Source: Gammaproteobacteria bacterium
GTDB lineage: Bacteria; Pseudomonadota; Gammaproteobacteria; Eutrophobiales; Eutrophobiaceae
Assembly (NCBI GenBank): GCA_965202915.1
Contig: OZ241847.1
Location: forward strand, 2,194,242-2,258,241
Direction of reading: 5' to 3'
DNA: 64,000 nt
Within the stretch, counting starts at the first letter, position 1. Each line of letters opens with the position of its first letter. The translations under genes were made by a program, and so were the position numbers. Below the pieces are notes generated by a model. The model was not told where the DNA came from. It was given only the letters and a program-made list of their open reading frames with translations, and ran no database searches. Shown here piece after piece: positions 47,282 through 57,843 of the stretch.

Positions 47282-48351
47282 CGCGACCATCCCGGGTCAT
47301 TATTGATCGCGCCGCACTTCAGCATAATTTTTCTGTTGTAAAATCCATCGCCCCCGCCGCCCGGATCATGGCCATCATCAAGGCCGATGCCTATGGTCAC
47401 GGCCTGATCCGGGTCGCAAAGCTGTTGCGCGACGCCGATGCCTTTGGGGTGGCCTGCCTGGAAGAGGCAAGCCAATTGCGCGACGCCAATATTGACCGGA
47501 CCATAGTCTTGCTTGAGGGCCCGTATGATGCCGGGGATATCCCTCCGGTGCGTGATCTCAAACTGGATATCGTCATCCATAACCAACACCAGATCGAGAT
47601 GTTAAAAGGCGCATCCTGCTACGATCTGCAAACCTGGATCAAGGTCGACACCGGCATGCATCGTCTGGGATTCCAGGCCGATGCGGTTGCCAACGTGTGC
47701 CAACAATTGGAAGCCTTGCGCTTGTCCCGCCCACCAAGACTCATGACTCACCTGGCGGTCGCGGACCAGCCGAAGAATCAATTTAATCGATTACAATTGG
47801 CGCGCTTTAGTGAGCTCAACGCAGGCGTCGCGCTGGAAAAAAGTGTTGCCAATTCCGCCGCGATTCTGGCCGAATCTGAAACTCATATGCATTGGGTCCG
47901 CCCCGGCTTGATGCTCTATGGCGTCTCGCCCTTTCCCGAAAAACAGGCAAATGATCATGATTTAAAACCGGTTATGACCCTGGAGTCGGAATTGATCTCG
48001 GTCCGGTGGTTAAAAAAAAATGAACCGGTCGGCTATGGCGCCGATTGGCGTTGCCCGGAAGATATGCCGATAGGCACAGTGGCTACCGGATATTGCGATG
48101 GCTTTTCCAGGCACGCGCGCCCCGGCACCCCGATATTGGTGCACGGCAAACGCTGCGCACTCATTGGCAGGGTGTCGATGGATATGCTCACCGTAGATCT
48201 GCGCAATTGTGCCACCGCCGGTATCGGCGCGCCGGTTACGCTATGGGGAAACGGATTGCCGGTGGAGGAAATTGCCAGGGCGGCCGATACCATCCCCTAT
48301 GAATTATTATGCGGCGTCCATAAGCGGCTTGAATTTGTAGAACGTGGCTAA
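47278..48351 (+). CDS. alr: Alanine racemase
   Basis: IIKADAYGHG provides the PLP-binding Lys. The C-terminus is ..PYELLCGV. Its ATG overlaps the dnaB stop (ATGA). Confidence 0.9.
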   Translation: MTRPSRVIIDRAALQHNFSVVKSIAPAARIMAIIKADAYGHGLIRVAKLLRDADAFGVACLEEASQLRDANIDRTIVLLEGPYDAGDIPPVRDLKLDIVIHNQHQIEMLKGASCYDLQTWIKVDTGMHRLGFQADAVANVCQQLEALRLSRPPRLMTHLAVADQPKNQFNRLQLARFSELNAGVALEKSVANSAAILAESETHMHWVRPGLMLYGVSPFPEKQANDHDLKPVMTLESELISVRWLKKNEPVGYGADWRCPEDMPIGTVATGYCDGFSRHARPGTPILVHGKRCALIGRVSMDMLTVDLRNCATAGIGAPVTLWGNGLPVEEIARAADTIPYELLCGVHKRLEFVERG

Positions 48352-49726
48352 AACAAAAATACAATTTCAATGCAGTGAATGCAGTGCAATAGCCCCAAAA
48401 TGGTCCGGACAATGCGCGGAATGCCGATCATGGAACAGTATGATTGAGGTGACAATGGCGGCGCCGTCCCTACATACCGCACGGTTACCACAGGACTCAG
48501 GCGAGTCGGTAAAAGTCTGCGCGCTCAGTGCGGTACGCTTTAATGATGAGCCGCGTCAGCATACCGGCATCGCCGAACTCGACGTCGTCATTGGCGGTGG
48601 CATAGTCAAGGGATCGGTGACATTGATAGGAGGCGATCCGGGGATCGGCAAATCCACCCTGTTATTACAGGCCTTGTCGGGACTCAGGCAAGTCGGCAAT
48701 ATAAGCAGCTTGTACGTAACCGGCGAAGAATCGGCGCAACAGGTGGGTTTGAGGGCACAAAGACTGGGGTTGCCGCTTGACGGTCTGAAATTACTTACCG
48801 ACAACCGGCTTGAAAGAATATTAACCATCATCGCCGGCGAACAACCGCAGGTTATCGTCATTGATTCCATCCAGACAATGTACAGTGAACTGGTGCAGTC
48901 GGCGCCCGGGTCCGTTGCCCAGGTGCGTGAATGCGCGGCACAATTGGTGCGGTTTGCCAAATACAGCGGTACCGCGGTATTTCTTGTCGGACACGTGACC
49001 AAAGAAGGGGCGCTGGCCGGCCCGCGTGTACTGGAACACATGGTTGATACCGTTTTGTATTTTGAGGGTGAGCACGATAGTCGCTACCGGATAGTGCGGT
49101 CGGTCAAGAACCGATTCGGCGCGGTCAATGAACTGGGGATCTTTGCGATGACCGATAAGGGATTCAAAGAGGTGAATAACCCGTCGGCAATATTCCTGTC
49201 ACGCCATGATGAACAAATACCGGGGTCGGTGGTGATGGTGATGCGTGAAGGCACCCGGCCCATACTGGTCGAGGTGCAGGCGCTGGTTGACGCCGGGCAC
49301 CCCGGCAATCCCCGCCGAGTCATACTGGGCATGGAACAAAACCGCCTGGCGATGCTGTTGGCGGTATTGCATCGTCACGCCGGTATCGTCACCACCGACC
49401 AGGATATATACGTCAACGTGGTCGGTGGCGTGCGCATCAGCGAGACTGGTGCCGACCTGGCCATTTTGCTGGCGATCATGTCCAGTTTACGCAACCAATG
49501 CCTGCCTTTGGATTTGGTCGTGTTTGGAGAAGTGGGTTTGTCCGGTGAAATTCGTCCGGTTCAGAATGGTCCGGAAAGATTGAATGAGGCGGTCAAACAT
49601 GGTTTCAAGAATGCCATTATTCCAGGGGCCAATAAACCCAGACAAAATATCGCCGGCTTAAATGTTATTGCAACCGACAATTTACAGTCGGCACTACAGG
49701 CACTCAAACGGCTCTGCCGGTTGTGA
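48344..49726 (+). CDS. radA: DNA repair protein RadA/Sms
   Basis: Zinc ribbon CSECSAIAPKWSGQCAECRSWN, Walker A GGDPGIGKSTLLLQ, the KNRFG motif and a Lon-like C-terminus. Confidence 0.95.
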   Translation: MAKTKIQFQCSECSAIAPKWSGQCAECRSWNSMIEVTMAAPSLHTARLPQDSGESVKVCALSAVRFNDEPRQHTGIAELDVVIGGGIVKGSVTLIGGDPGIGKSTLLLQALSGLRQVGNISSLYVTGEESAQQVGLRAQRLGLPLDGLKLLTDNRLERILTIIAGEQPQVIVIDSIQTMYSELVQSAPGSVAQVRECAAQLVRFAKYSGTAVFLVGHVTKEGALAGPRVLEHMVDTVLYFEGEHDSRYRIVRSVKNRFGAVNELGIFAMTDKGFKEVNNPSAIFLSRHDEQIPGSVVMVMREGTRPILVEVQALVDAGHPGNPRRVILGMEQNRLAMLLAVLHRHAGIVTTDQDIYVNVVGGVRISETGADLAILLAIMSSLRNQCLPLDLVVFGEVGLSGEIRPVQNGPERLNEAVKHGFKNAIIPGANKPRQNIAGLNVIATDNLQSALQALKRLCRL

Positions 49727-49820
49727 ACCGATTTGCATGGCCTGAAAATATTGTCTCACTGATGCATTGGATTAGCGTATCGCTTATAAAAAAAGGATTC
49801 CAGGGGCGGCCCGGAAAAAA

Positions 49821-51143
49821 CTAAACCGGCGTGGAGTGGCGTACGTCTTCAGTAATTCTGGCTTTCTTAACCGCGTTATCAACAACCTGAATGATTTCTA
49901 TGGTGTAATTATTTATGCGTAAGCTGGTATTCGCAACCGGAATATGTTCAAGCTGTTCCAGGACCAGACCATTCAATGTTTTCGCCCTTTCGGTCGGGAA
50001 ATTCCATTGTAATTGCCGATTTATTTCTCTCAGCGCGATCGACCCATCCACCATATAAACGCCATTTCCCTGTTCATGTATGTCTTGGTTAAACATCTGC
50101 ATATTGGTTGTGAACTCACCGACAATCTCTTCAAGAATATCTTCCATGGTTACAATACCCTTAATGACGCCATATTCATCCACCACCAGGCCATAGCGAA
50201 GTTTTTGACGCTGAAAATTAAATAACTGTGTATGCAGTGGCGTACCCTCAGGCACAAAATAAGGCTCGGACAAGACGTCTCTGAGTGCCTCGGGGGTGAA
50301 ACCATCTTTATCGGATAAGACCCGCAGGACGCGACGAACGTGCAGTACCCCGATAACATTATCAATATCCCTGTCATAAACCGGCAGGCGGGTATGCTGA
50401 CTACGGTCCAGTTGCTTGATGACGTTGCCGGCCGCTTGGTTGATATCGATCGCCACCATTTCGTTGCGCTTAATCATGATATCATCAACGGTGACGTTCT
50501 CCAGCTCAAGGATATTCATCAGCATTTTTTTATGGCGCGGCGGGATCAGGTGACCGGCCTCCCTGACGACGGTATGCAACTCATCACGAGACAGCGCCAC
50601 TCCGGTTTGGCCCTCCGGATCTATCTTGAACAGCATAAGTATGCCATTTGATATTTTATTGACGACAAATACCGCCGGGTAACACAGCTTCATCAACACC
50701 GACAAGACGTGCGAGGCCGGAAACGCAACGGCTTCGGGATACAACGCGGCCGTGGTCTTGGGCAACACCTCGGCAAAGATAAGGAACACAACAACCAGGA
50801 TAAAAGGCGCCAGCGCCACGCCGACGTCTCCCAATAGACGCATACCGATTAAGGTGGCAATAGTCGCGGCAATGAGATTGACGAGATTATTACCAAGCAG
50901 AATCAATCCAAATAATCGATCCGGGCGCTGTAATAATCGGTTGGCTTTAATTGCAGACTTATGATTATTCTTAACGAGATGACGCAGGCGATAACGATTG
51001 AGCGCCATCATACCTGTCTCAGAACTTGAAAAAAAAGCCGACAGGACAATCATGATCCCGAGCACAGCAAATAATACGGACAGGGGAATATCGTTCAAGT
51101 AATTTATGGTACCGGTTGTGGACTGGATATCATTTTGAGACAA
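49821..51143 (-). CDS. CNNM/CorC-HlyC family transporter (DUF21 + CBS pair + CorC_HlyC)
   Basis: 440-aa ORF with four N-terminal TM segments. It has the CBS-pair region (VDDIMIKRNEM.., LPVYDRDIDNVIGVLH) and a CorC C-terminal domain. Confidence 0.85.
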   Translation of the reverse strand: MSQNDIQSTTGTINYLNDIPLSVLFAVLGIMIVLSAFFSSSETGMMALNRYRLRHLVKNNHKSAIKANRLLQRPDRLFGLILLGNNLVNLIAATIATLIGMRLLGDVGVALAPFILVVVFLIFAEVLPKTTAALYPEAVAFPASHVLSVLMKLCYPAVFVVNKISNGILMLFKIDPEGQTGVALSRDELHTVVREAGHLIPPRHKKMLMNILELENVTVDDIMIKRNEMVAIDINQAAGNVIKQLDRSQHTRLPVYDRDIDNVIGVLHVRRVLRVLSDKDGFTPEALRDVLSEPYFVPEGTPLHTQLFNFQRQKLRYGLVVDEYGVIKGIVTMEDILEEIVGEFTTNMQMFNQDIHEQGNGVYMVDGSIALREINRQLQWNFPTERAKTLNGLVLEQLEHIPVANTSLRINNYTIEIIQVVDNAVKKARITEDVRHSTPV

Positions 51144-51183
51144 AACCGGGGCATGTCAAGTCCAAATATTGCCCGGCGGACGA

Positions 51184-51993
51184 CTATACCCGCTTGAGAA
51201 TCAATTCCAGCACCATTTTGGAACCAAAATAGGCCAATAGCAGTAATGAAAAACCGCCTAATGCCCATTTCACGACGGTAATTCCCCGCCATCCCAAACG
51301 CCAACGCCCCCACAACAGAATGCCATAGACAAACCAGGCAAAAATCGAAAACACGGTTTTATGGGCAAGATGTTGAGCAAAGATATTATGGATAAACATC
51401 AGGCCGGAGGCGAGACTCAGGCTGAGTAAAAAGAACCCGATCATTATCAATTGAATCAACAGACTTTCCGTAGTCTGCATCGGTGGCAATATATTAAACA
51501 ATCCGGTGAAATGTTTATTCCGCAGGGTATATTCCTGGATATAAAGCATAAACGCCTGCAACGTGGCGATGGCAAGCAGGCTATAGGCAACAAGCGACAG
51601 CAAAATATGAAACTGTAGCCCAAATGACAGCAAACTATCCGGGGCTCCGGGATCATGCAGAGAGTATTGCAGGACCAGCACGATCACCGCCAACGGATAA
51701 ATAATTATCAACAGGCTTTCCACCGGTTTAACAACTGCGGTGAACGTGGCTATGGTGACGATAAGCCATGCCACCAGGGATAATGCATTATAGAAACCCA
51801 GGTCAACAACACCAGCAACAAGTAGGGTTTGATAGAGTGAAACCGCATGCAGAATCAACGCGCCCGCACCAACACCGAGATATAAAAACCGCGACCCAAA
51901 CCGGCTGCCAGGCCCCCCGGAAAAACGCATAAGGAGCATAACACTTGCCAGCAGATAGCCGACCATCGTCAATCCGAGGATAATAATATTCAT
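51184..51993 (-). CDS. YpjD/CcsA-like cytochrome c assembly family membrane protein
   Basis: 269-aa polytopic ORF with the Trp-rich C-terminal region WFVYGILLWGRWRLGWRG. Confidence 0.75.
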   Translation of the reverse strand: MNIIILGLTMVGYLLASVMLLMRFSGGPGSRFGSRFLYLGVGAGALILHAVSLYQTLLVAGVVDLGFYNALSLVAWLIVTIATFTAVVKPVESLLIIIYPLAVIVLVLQYSLHDPGAPDSLLSFGLQFHILLSLVAYSLLAIATLQAFMLYIQEYTLRNKHFTGLFNILPPMQTTESLLIQLIMIGFFLLSLSLASGLMFIHNIFAQHLAHKTVFSIFAWFVYGILLWGRWRLGWRGITVVKWALGGFSLLLLAYFGSKMVLELILKRV

Positions 51994-52303
51994 TGCATGG
52001 TGATCATATTCTCAGCATGATTGCATATTAACAGAGATTCAAAAAATTCCTGTGCACGGGGCGGCGTCAAACAATGGTCGATCAAAAGATGCGGAAACAT
52101 TATTTCCAAAAAAGTAATATCACCGAGGCACAGGCCAATTTTTCCGGCTATTTATTGCCGGGAATTGAATTATAATTTTTCTTATTTTTTTAAATAGATA
52201 TAGCTTTTATTAAATAAATTGTATTAAGATCATATCATAAGCTATACTTATCTATACTTAACTTAGAGAAATTAACCTGAACAGACAGTCGTAATAAACA
52301 ATC

Positions 52304-54553
52304 ATGTCCGATGATACTGAAAAAAGTGCACTTGATTACCACCGCTTACCTCGTCCCGGCAAGATAGAGATTTCTCCAACCAAACCGCTGGCCAATCAAC
52401 GGGACCTGGCACTCGCCTACAGTCCCGGCGTTGCCGAACCCTGCAAGGCCATCGCATCGGATGAAAACATGGCCGCCGAGCTTACCTCCCGTTCCAACCT
52501 GGTTGCGGTGATCACCAATGGCACCGCGGTGCTTGGCTTAGGCAATATCGGCCCGCTTGCCTCCAAGCCGGTGATGGAAGGCAAAGGTGTATTATTCAAG
52601 AAATTTGCCGGTATCGACGTATTTGATATCGAAATCGAGGAACAGGACCCCGCCAAACTGGTTGATATCATCGCCAGTCTGGAACCCACCTTCGGCGGGA
52701 TCAATCTCGAAGATATTAAATCCCCGGAATGTTTTCTGGTCGAAGGCCAGTTACGGCAACGTCTCGGCATACCAGTATTCCATGACGATCAGCATGGTAC
52801 GGCAATCATCGTTGCCGCGGCGGTATTAAATGCCCTGCGCCTGGTGGAAAAGAATATCGCAGATATAAAAATAGTGGTGACCGGCGCCGGCGCCTCCGGC
52901 ATCGCCTGCCTGAAGCTACTGGTCAAAATGGGTGCAAAAAAGGCAAATATCATCGTCGTCGATAGAACCGGTGTGATTTCCAAAAATCGCGGGGGCTTGA
53001 CGCCTCACAAGAGGATGTTTGCAAGCGATACCGATGCCAGGACTTTATCCGACGCGATACAGGGCGCGGATATGTTTTTGGGTTTATCCGGGCCGGGGGT
53101 GGTCAAGCCTGAAATGGTGCGCAGCATGGCGAAACGACCGTTGATCTTTGCCCTGTCGAATCCACTGCCGGAGATACTGCCGGAGGAAGTCAAAGCGGTG
53201 CGGTCAGACGCGATCATTGCCACCGGGCGCTCCGATTACCCAAACCAGGTCAACAATGTATTGTGTTTTCCATTTATTTTCCGGGGCGCACTGGATGTAT
53301 GTGCGACCACAATCAACGATGAGATGAAACTTGCCTGCGTCAAGGCATTGGCGGAATTGGCTCATGAAGAGGCACCGGATACAGTGGTCGCCGCATATGG
53401 AGGGGACGAAATTAAATTTGGGCCGGATTACCTGATCCCCAAACCATTTGACCCCAGGCTGATCATGAAACTTGCGCCGGCGGTGGCAGAAGCGGCGATG
53501 CAAAGCGGCGTCGCCAGGCGGCCGATTAAAGATCTGCGGAAATACATGGAGAAGCTGTCACAATATGTATTCAGATCCATCATCCTGATGCGACCGGTAT
53601 TTGAAAAGGCCAAGCAGGCTCCCAAACGGCTGGTATATGCGGAAGGCGAACAACCCAAGGTATTGAGGGCGGTGCAATCGGTCATTGATGAAGGCATTGC
53701 AAAACCCATCTTGATAGGCGATGAAGCCCTGATTGACTCCCATATCAAAAGAATGGGGTTAAGAATTCGACCCGGTATAGACGTTCAAATCGTCAACCCT
53801 GAGCAACATGAGCCTGCAAAAAACAACCCGGATAGCCCGGATAGCATCACAAGCAATACCCGCCTTGCGGCAACCATGATTCACAACGGTGAGGCCGATG
53901 GCCTGATCTGTGGCACCACCGGCAACTACCATCAACACCTGAATCAAGTGATAGCGGAACTGGGGGTAATGAACGGCATACAGCAACCCACTGCAATGAA
54001 TATCCTGATCCTCAAAATGGGGGTATTTTTTATCTGTGATTCTGCAGTGACGGTTGAACCCAATGCCGAACAGATCGCCGGCAACACCCTACTGGCCACC
54101 GAAAGCGTCAGGCGATTCGGCATTACGCCCAGGGCGGCCCTGTTGTCGTTTTCAAATAACGGTGATATTTACCCTGACGATACCGCAAAAATGGCAACGG
54201 CACTACAATTGATCCGGCAACGACAACCCGACCTCAGGATCGAAGGGCCGATGCGGGCTGATGCGGCATTGGTAAGTGGGATAAGAAAACGGGTCTTACC
54301 TTATTCCAAACTCGTAGAAAACGCCAATCTATTGATCATGCCCAATCTGCATGCCGCCAAAATTGCATACGATATGATAAAAGTGTTGAGTGACGGGATA
54401 TCCATAGGCCCGATATTATTGGGATTAAACCATCCGGTTCACATCATGACGCCCTCATCCACCGTTCGGCGTTTGGTCAACGCCAGCGCGCTTGCAGTGG
54501 TTGATACGGGATTGGCGGTTGCGGCTCAACGACGGGTAAAAAAAGCCAGCTGA
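52304..54553 (+). CDS. maeB: NADP-dependent malic enzyme with a C-terminal phosphotransacetylase-like domain
   Basis: 749-aa ORF. It contains [29 protein letters not shown] and GAGASGIA (Rossmann fold). A PTA-like C-terminal half is present. Confidence 0.95.
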   Translation: MSDDTEKSALDYHRLPRPGKIEISPTKPLANQRDLALAYSPGVAEPCKAIASDENMAAELTSRSNLVAVITNGTAVLGLGNIGPLASKPVMEGKGVLFKKFAGIDVFDIEIEEQDPAKLVDIIASLEPTFGGINLEDIKSPECFLVEGQLRQRLGIPVFHDDQHGTAIIVAAAVLNALRLVEKNIADIKIVVTGAGASGIACLKLLVKMGAKKANIIVVDRTGVISKNRGGLTPHKRMFASDTDARTLSDAIQGADMFLGLSGPGVVKPEMVRSMAKRPLIFALSNPLPEILPEEVKAVRSDAIIATGRSDYPNQVNNVLCFPFIFRGALDVCATTINDEMKLACVKALAELAHEEAPDTVVAAYGGDEIKFGPDYLIPKPFDPRLIMKLAPAVAEAAMQSGVARRPIKDLRKYMEKLSQYVFRSIILMRPVFEKAKQAPKRLVYAEGEQPKVLRAVQSVIDEGIAKPILIGDEALIDSHIKRMGLRIRPGIDVQIVNPEQHEPAKNNPDSPDSITSNTRLAATMIHNGEADGLICGTTGNYHQHLNQVIAELGVMNGIQQPTAMNILILKMGVFFICDSAVTVEPNAEQIAGNTLLATESVRRFGITPRAALLSFSNNGDIYPDDTAKMATALQLIRQRQPDLRIEGPMRADAALVSGIRKRVLPYSKLVENANLLIMPNLHAAKIAYDMIKVLSDGISIGPILLGLNHPVHIMTPSSTVRRLVNASALAVVDTGLAVAAQRRVKKAS

Positions 54554-54746
54554 CTGTAGCGGGAGCACGGTTCCACCGTCATCTTCCCGTCATCGGTCAC
54601 GTCTTGCATTCCAATTGGCTGATATCCGGGTATTCCTCGCCAGCTCGTGCCCGCCGGGAAACGTCGGGGCGGGTGCATATCGGCCATTAAAATCACCGTG
54701 ACACTAAATTACAGTTGAAAACCAGGGTATAAATTAAACCTTGCAA

Positions 54747-54773
54747 GTGAGAATAGTTTTCATTTATCATTAG
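54747..54773. promoter_or_regulatory. Fur-box-like sequence upstream of the OMP/P19 pair
   Basis: The sequence is gtgagaatagttttcatttatcattag. Its reverse complement contains TAATGATAA, a perfect half of the GATAATGATAATCATTATC consensus, but the other half is weaker. It lies ~35 nt upstream of the GTG at 54807. Confidence 0.4.
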
Positions 54774-54806
54774 TTTCTCATTTAGATTAGATAAAGGGGG
54801 AACGGT

Positions 54807-55544
54807 GTGGAAGCAAATCAAAAACTCGTCATTACCTGGTTCAACAGAGGCCGACGGGTCTGCCTGAGCACATTGTTCATTATAGCCTTTTCAGGCGGTG
54901 TCGCAACCGCCGATGAGGCCGCACAACTGGAAACAGAGGCATCCCTGAGGTGGGATTCCAAATACGTCTCTCGCGGACGAGATCAATTGGATGACGGCGG
55001 CATTTTCTCCCCGGAAATTGGCCTGTCTTATGGTAACAGTTACGTCGGCGCCTGGTTTGCCGTTGGCGATTCGGTCAACTATCGTGAATTGAATCTCTCG
55101 GTCGGACACGTTTTCTCGGCCGGTCCGGTGGAATTGGACCTGGGCTATACCTGGCTCTGGTTCGAGGATGAAAGAACGGACGAGAATGAATTCACCGCCA
55201 TTGCCTCCTGGCAGGCTCAGGAATGGCTGGGTTTCGACGCCGATTACATCTATAACACCCTCGAGGATGGATGGGCAATTGATGCGGTGGTACGGGGCAA
55301 TTTTGCCGTTGGCAATTTTACAATCTCTCCATACGCCCTTGCCGGATTTGATTTCGGCTTCTCCAGCCCTGAGCACAACGGCATTGCTGAAATTCAGATT
55401 GGCGCCGAGACGAGTATCCCACTGGGGGATAAATCGGAATTGAGTATCTACGCCGCTCATTCCCTGGCTCAAAGAGATAAGAGTAGAGACGGTCTGGGTG
55501 ACCTGAGCTGGATCGGGGTCGGACTGCATTTCCATCTGCCGTAG
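54807..55544 (+). CDS. Putative outer-membrane beta-barrel protein (possibly Gcw_chp/TIGR02001-like)
   Basis: 245-aa ORF with a GTG start after a GGGGGA ribosome-binding site and a signal-like N-terminus (LSTLFIIAFSGGVATA). Aromatic/Gly beta-strands alternate (GAWFAVGD, LDLGYTWLWF, IGVGLHFHLP). The family assignment is tentative. Confidence 0.55.
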   Translation: MEANQKLVITWFNRGRRVCLSTLFIIAFSGGVATADEAAQLETEASLRWDSKYVSRGRDQLDDGGIFSPEIGLSYGNSYVGAWFAVGDSVNYRELNLSVGHVFSAGPVELDLGYTWLWFEDERTDENEFTAIASWQAQEWLGFDADYIYNTLEDGWAIDAVVRGNFAVGNFTISPYALAGFDFGFSSPEHNGIAEIQIGAETSIPLGDKSELSIYAAHSLAQRDKSRDGLGDLSWIGVGLHFHLP

Positions 55545-55583
55545 ATAACCGCTATTACTATCCAATATAGAGGAGGAAACACC

Positions 55584-56177
55584 ATGAATAATCATTATGC
55601 AATCAAGCTCCCAACTGTGCCGCAAGGCTTGCCGGGAAAATGCCTGGTACTGTGCTGGCCGTTACTGCTGGCGACGGACATATATGCCGCCGAACTGATC
55701 CTCGGCAAAGAGCGCATCCCACCCGGTATTGAGCTCATCTTTGAAGGTGCCGTCAAAGATGACGTGACGCCCGCCGGCCAACATTTGCCAATCGCTAAAA
55801 CCCACGTACACCTGGAGGCATTGGCGAACTGGGCTGAAGACGGGTCGGCACCGGCGGGCGCCCCCGGCGGAGGCTTCATACCTTACCTGAAGATCACTGC
55901 TGAAGTCACCAATGAAACAAGCGGGGCTTCAACACTGGTGGACCTGGTACCGCACATTAACCTGATTGACAACCTGCACTACGCACGCAACATGTCCCTG
56001 CCGGGCAAGATCACCGATAAATACGAGGTGACTTTCCACGTTGTCCCCCCCGGCAGATTCGACCTTGCCTATCACAAGGATTGGCGGGTGCAATACGAAA
56101 AAGGCTTATTCAAAGAAGCAAAATTCCGCATCCGGCACATCGACTTCGAGGAAATTGCGCTGGCGACCAGGGAGTAA
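55584..56177 (+). CDS. P19/FtrA/Tp34-family periplasmic iron(copper)-binding protein
   Basis: 197-aa ORF with AGGAGG 8 nt upstream and a signal peptide. THVHLEALANWAED...GGFIPYLKITAEVTNETSG...LVPHINLIDNLHYARN...KYEVTFHVVPP parallels the Campylobacter P19 pattern I recall (HLEADIHA..GF.PYL.I.YE..N..TG...P....DG.HY..N..YEL.F.I..P). Confidence 0.65.
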   Translation: MNNHYAIKLPTVPQGLPGKCLVLCWPLLLATDIYAAELILGKERIPPGIELIFEGAVKDDVTPAGQHLPIAKTHVHLEALANWAEDGSAPAGAPGGGFIPYLKITAEVTNETSGASTLVDLVPHINLIDNLHYARNMSLPGKITDKYEVTFHVVPPGRFDLAYHKDWRVQYEKGLFKEAKFRIRHIDFEEIALATRE

Positions 56178-56260
56178 GGCCTGCTGGTAAACACCGTCCG
56201 CCGCTGACCGGGGCAAACCGTGGCGATACAGTACACTCGCCGGTCGGCCGCGGGCATTGA

Positions 56261-56770
56261 TCAGTCCGGTTTAAACGAATGCCGATACAGGATGGCCGGT
56301 ACTGATGCAATCAAGATCGCCAGGAAGCAGATCATGCTCCATTCCGCAATACTCATACTCATGAAACGCCATTGCACCTCGGCACATTCGCCGGAACCGG
56401 TGAACACCATGCCAATGGCCTCCCGTAGCGGGAAGACTTCCAACATGTACTCCAGGCCCGGCCCACATTCAGGCACTTCATCCGGCGGCAAATGCTGTAG
56501 CCAGATCTGGCGCCCGGCAATCGCCGCGCCCGCCAACGCGATAACGCTGATCACCCCATGATAAATTTTGCCCACAAATTGGCGCGGACCGTGAATCACC
56601 GCAATCAGGGCGACCAGGGCGATCAATACATACGCTAACCGTTGCAGGATACAAAGCGGACAGGGTTCAAGTCCGACCCCGTATTCCAGATACAGTCCAA
56701 ACCCAAGCAATCCGATGCAGGCCAGGAGCAGCAGCAGAAAATACGCCCTTGATGTAACCATGCTGATCAT
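56261..56770 (-). CDS. dsbB: Disulfide bond formation protein B
   Basis: LEPCPLCILQRLAY provides the first CxxC pair. There are four TM segments and a second Cys pair (PECGPG...SGECAE). The start (56761-56782) is uncertain. Confidence 0.85.
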   Translation of the reverse strand: MISMVTSRAYFLLLLLACIGLLGFGLYLEYGVGLEPCPLCILQRLAYVLIALVALIAVIHGPRQFVGKIYHGVISVIALAGAAIAGRQIWLQHLPPDEVPECGPGLEYMLEVFPLREAIGMVFTGSGECAEVQWRFMSMSIAEWSMICFLAILIASVPAILYRHSFKPD

Positions 56771-56790
56771 CCTGACAAACATATCATATT

Positions 56791-57783
56791 TTATGAATTT
56801 AACCGGCTTTTGAAAAACGCCGGAATGCGTCTTTCCAACCAATAGGTCGATTGAAACGGGAATCTTCCGCCGACAAATCCAACGTGACCGCCCGTATCGG
56901 CAAGTTCAAGCGTCACCTGATCCGATAATTCAGCCAAACCGGGAATGGCCGCCGCGGTCAGGAAAGGATCATCGCGGGCATGAACGATCAAGGTCGGTAC
57001 CCGGATGTCTTTTATAAATTGCCGGCTGCTGCATTTTGCATAATAATCATCGGCGTTTTTAAACCCATGCAAACGTGCGGTAACGCAATCATCGAATAAC
57101 GCAAAGCTGCTCCATTTATGCATCCGGGTCATATCAAAAGGCGTCGGTCTGTGCAAAAATTTGTAACGCATCTTATTTGCAAGACGGTTTATCAGATAAC
57201 GCCGGTACAAGCGTGACGCCCCTCGATCGAGTCTTGCCGCACCCTTGGCCAATTCAAACGGAACCGATACCGCCACCGCAACCTTGATCATGCTCCGATT
57301 GCCCTCTTCCCCCAGATACTTTAACAAAACATTGCCCCCCAGAGAAAACCCTATTATGGCGACGTCCCGATTTGGAAAATGGCGCGCCAGATATTTGATA
57401 AAATACCGCAGATCACCCGTGTCACCGGCATGATAACTTCTTTGCAATCTGTTATGCCTGCCGCCGCATCCTCTGAAATGCATAAGCACACCCTGCCAGC
57501 CCTGCCGTTCAACCCTGTGCAACATACCCCTTATATAGCGCGAATTAACAGACCCCTCAAGACCATGTAACAACACTATAATCGGGCCGTCACAGTCGCG
57601 GGTCCAAACCAAATCAACAAAGTCGCCATCATCGGTATCCAGAGTTTGCCATCGTAATTCAAGCCTGTTCCGCCGGCGGAACAGGGCCGGCCATATAGTC
57701 TGGAGATGTTTATTCCTAAGCCACCAGGCCGGCTGAAATTGACTTTCGATGATCACGGTATGGTCACAAAAACCACTTCCCAA
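56791..57783 (-). CDS. Alpha/beta hydrolase, YheT-like
   Basis: 330-aa ORF containing VLLHGLEGS, the nucleophile elbow GFSLGGN and a late D/H (HARDDPF ... GGHVGF). Confidence 0.8.
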   Translation of the reverse strand: MGSGFCDHTVIIESQFQPAWWLRNKHLQTIWPALFRRRNRLELRWQTLDTDDGDFVDLVWTRDCDGPIIVLLHGLEGSVNSRYIRGMLHRVERQGWQGVLMHFRGCGGRHNRLQRSYHAGDTGDLRYFIKYLARHFPNRDVAIIGFSLGGNVLLKYLGEEGNRSMIKVAVAVSVPFELAKGAARLDRGASRLYRRYLINRLANKMRYKFLHRPTPFDMTRMHKWSSFALFDDCVTARLHGFKNADDYYAKCSSRQFIKDIRVPTLIVHARDDPFLTAAAIPGLAELSDQVTLELADTGGHVGFVGGRFPFQSTYWLERRIPAFFKSRLNS

Positions 57784-57843
57784 AATACCTCATCTTGCCG
57801 GCAACCCGGCAAAACTTTCTCCTGATAGCGCGGCGACGCTTGT

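Noticed and set aside
52241-52260. A 10-bp tandem duplication (ctatacttat ctatacttaa) in the AT-rich region upstream of maeB.
   Set aside because: It is only two short copies in a generally AT-rich promoter region and is likely trivial.
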